Positions 62,171-64,000 of a stretch of 64,000 nt of DNA are shown here, one piece after another; the stretch's first letter is position 1; each line of letters starts with the position of its first letter. The DNA comes from Callorhinchus milii (taxonomy: Eukaryota): NCBI RefSeq assembly GCF_018977255.1, contig NW_024704743.1, forward strand, positions 96,226,001 to 96,290,000, written 5' to 3'. Under the pieces are notes generated by a model, which ran no database searches, was not told where the DNA came from, and worked only from the letters and a program-made list of their open reading frames with translations. A program made the position numbers and the translations under genes.

Positions 62171-64000
62171 AGCTGAAGGATTTTTACTTTGAAAATATCA
62201 ATTGTTCCCCCAGTGTCCTGGCCAACAATCCCACAGATAAAATTGGTCATTCATTTCATGGCTGTTTGTGGGACTTTGCTGTGTATAAACTGGCAACCAT
62301 ATTTGCCTCCAAAATGCAGTCACTACACTTTACAGTAAATCCTGTTAAGGGCTTTGAGGCGTCTTCCTGATGTGAAATGCCCTGTGTCAAATCCAAGGAT
62401 TTATTGCAAGATTATTTTCTGGGGAAAGCACTGGGGCTCTTCCTAAGCATGTAAGAGTGGCTGATCCGTACGTCTTAGTTTCACACCAGGCAGTGTTATT
62501 TTCTGCTGAACATTAGCGGAACACTTTGTGATTTTTTTTAATGAAATGTGTAAGTTAAATGCTCTGAATGATGTGAAGGTCTGCTTTGAGTTGATCTTCA
62601 GACTGCTCCTGAACTAACTGGTGAATCATCTGCCTGGATTTACATAAAACAGGAACATTTGCCCCTGTGGCATCAAATGTAAACTGACGCAGCAGATGAT
62701 GAGGGCAGAGATTATCTGACACAGAATAATCTTGTGGCATTTCATAATGCATTTGATGATAAGTATCAGCCTAAATTCAAGATGAACTATGGAAAATGAC
62801 TTACGTCGTGATCATTATTACCAAGCTCAGTAATCCTCATGTACTATACTTGTGTTGAGATTGGCCTTTTTCCCCCCATTTTACCAACCTCATGTTACCA
62901 TCTTGGCACATTGTGATCTAGATAGGATTTTGCTGTTGGGATTCCCTTGGGGAATTATACTGTATTGAAGCCATGGGGGACAGCGGGGGTGGAGAGGATG
63001 GGAGAGGCTGATACGGGGAGAAAATCATCCCTATTCAGGTAATAATCACACTAGCTCACTGCCCAGGTAAAGATCAGTAGTGATAGCTTGATATTCTTGT
63101 TGGATGTAATTGGAATGAGAATGAGTCGCAGAGTTGGAGAGTGAGTGTGGTTCCTCTGATGCCTTTCGAGCCTGAGGTGAGACACCTAGACACACACACA
63201 CACTGCAGAAGAAAGTTACCAGAAAGTGGTCTTGAGTGACCGCCTCCTTAGTAACATTTAAATTATCTATTGACACGCTGCACATGTGCTCAGCTTTTTC
63301 TCCTCAGCCACAGTCGCAGCTCCTTATTCCTCTCCTGCTTGAAGTGAAGTTGCTTTGCCTGCAGCAGTATAAACAGGGCATTAATTGTCATGGTTGGTGG
63401 TAAAATCCCAACTCCAGTTTCAAACGTTTTCAACTCCCTTCCAGCGCTGCTGTGGTAAGAGCGGCTGAGCTGAGCCGACCGAGTCTGCAGATTGCCTCCA
63501 ACCTGCAGCCTGGCCTCATTCCCCAAGGCAGCCTGTGGGAGACAGCTGTGATGGATGTGATAGTCTCACTATCATATCTATCACTGCAGCTGACCTGGAG
63601 GGAGCCAGAGCCTGCTGGGCAGACATTGAGTGAGACCTGCTATTTAAAAAAGGGTCAGCTTTTTATTTAAAGGAGCCTTGTCTTCACAAAAAAGTAACAA
63701 CTTATCTATCAGCTTGCATTGTACTGTGTGTGACACTGTTTATATAAAGGAACTTCTCAAAGTGTTTAACCCTGGGAAGGAAAAATATTGAAAGAAGTAG
63801 GTCTTTAGATACTGTATTTGAAAGCAGGAGAGAGTAAAGGAACATGGTTTTTGAAGAGAGGACAAAGGAGTGGTGGCAAAAGTCTCTGCTTTGAGAGTGG
63901 AGCAGAGAAAGTGGAGCACCAAACCAATAAACATCAACAAAAACAACTTGCATTTATACAGCGCCCTTCATGCGGAGCACATGATCCAATATCAGGATCA

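Overview
Eukaryotic, repeat-rich vertebrate DNA. The repeat content (L2 and CR1 LINEs, a tRNA-Ala-headed SINE with an (ATT)n tail, Deu-domain SINEs, AmnSINE2-like SINEs) suggests a cartilaginous fish, probably a holocephalan such as Callorhinchus; this is inferred from recalled repeat families, not from a search. The only host-gene coding sequence I can support is two phase-compatible + strand exons (52748-52939, 56253-56478). They encode extracellular cadherin repeats of a type III / DN-cadherin-like ('neural-cadherin-like', Hz-cadherin-like) classical cadherin whose interdomain linkers lack the canonical Ca2+-binding motifs. The rest is intronic or intergenic. It includes two TSD-bounded or young L2 insertions at 13.2-17.1 kb, one with a duplicated internal RT segment at its 5' junction; a four-fold nested SINE/LINE-tail cluster at 10.9-11.8 kb; a small MITE family; a possible fossil hAT transposase; a 105-bp dispersed duplication; an interrupted TGTCAGGTAAC minisatellite; and two convergent CTCF-like motifs. 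Nearly all ORFs in the supplied track are spurious or retroelement-derived. I found no evidence for a wholly new biological system, CRISPR array or intact autonomous element. Boundaries of old repeats are approximate.
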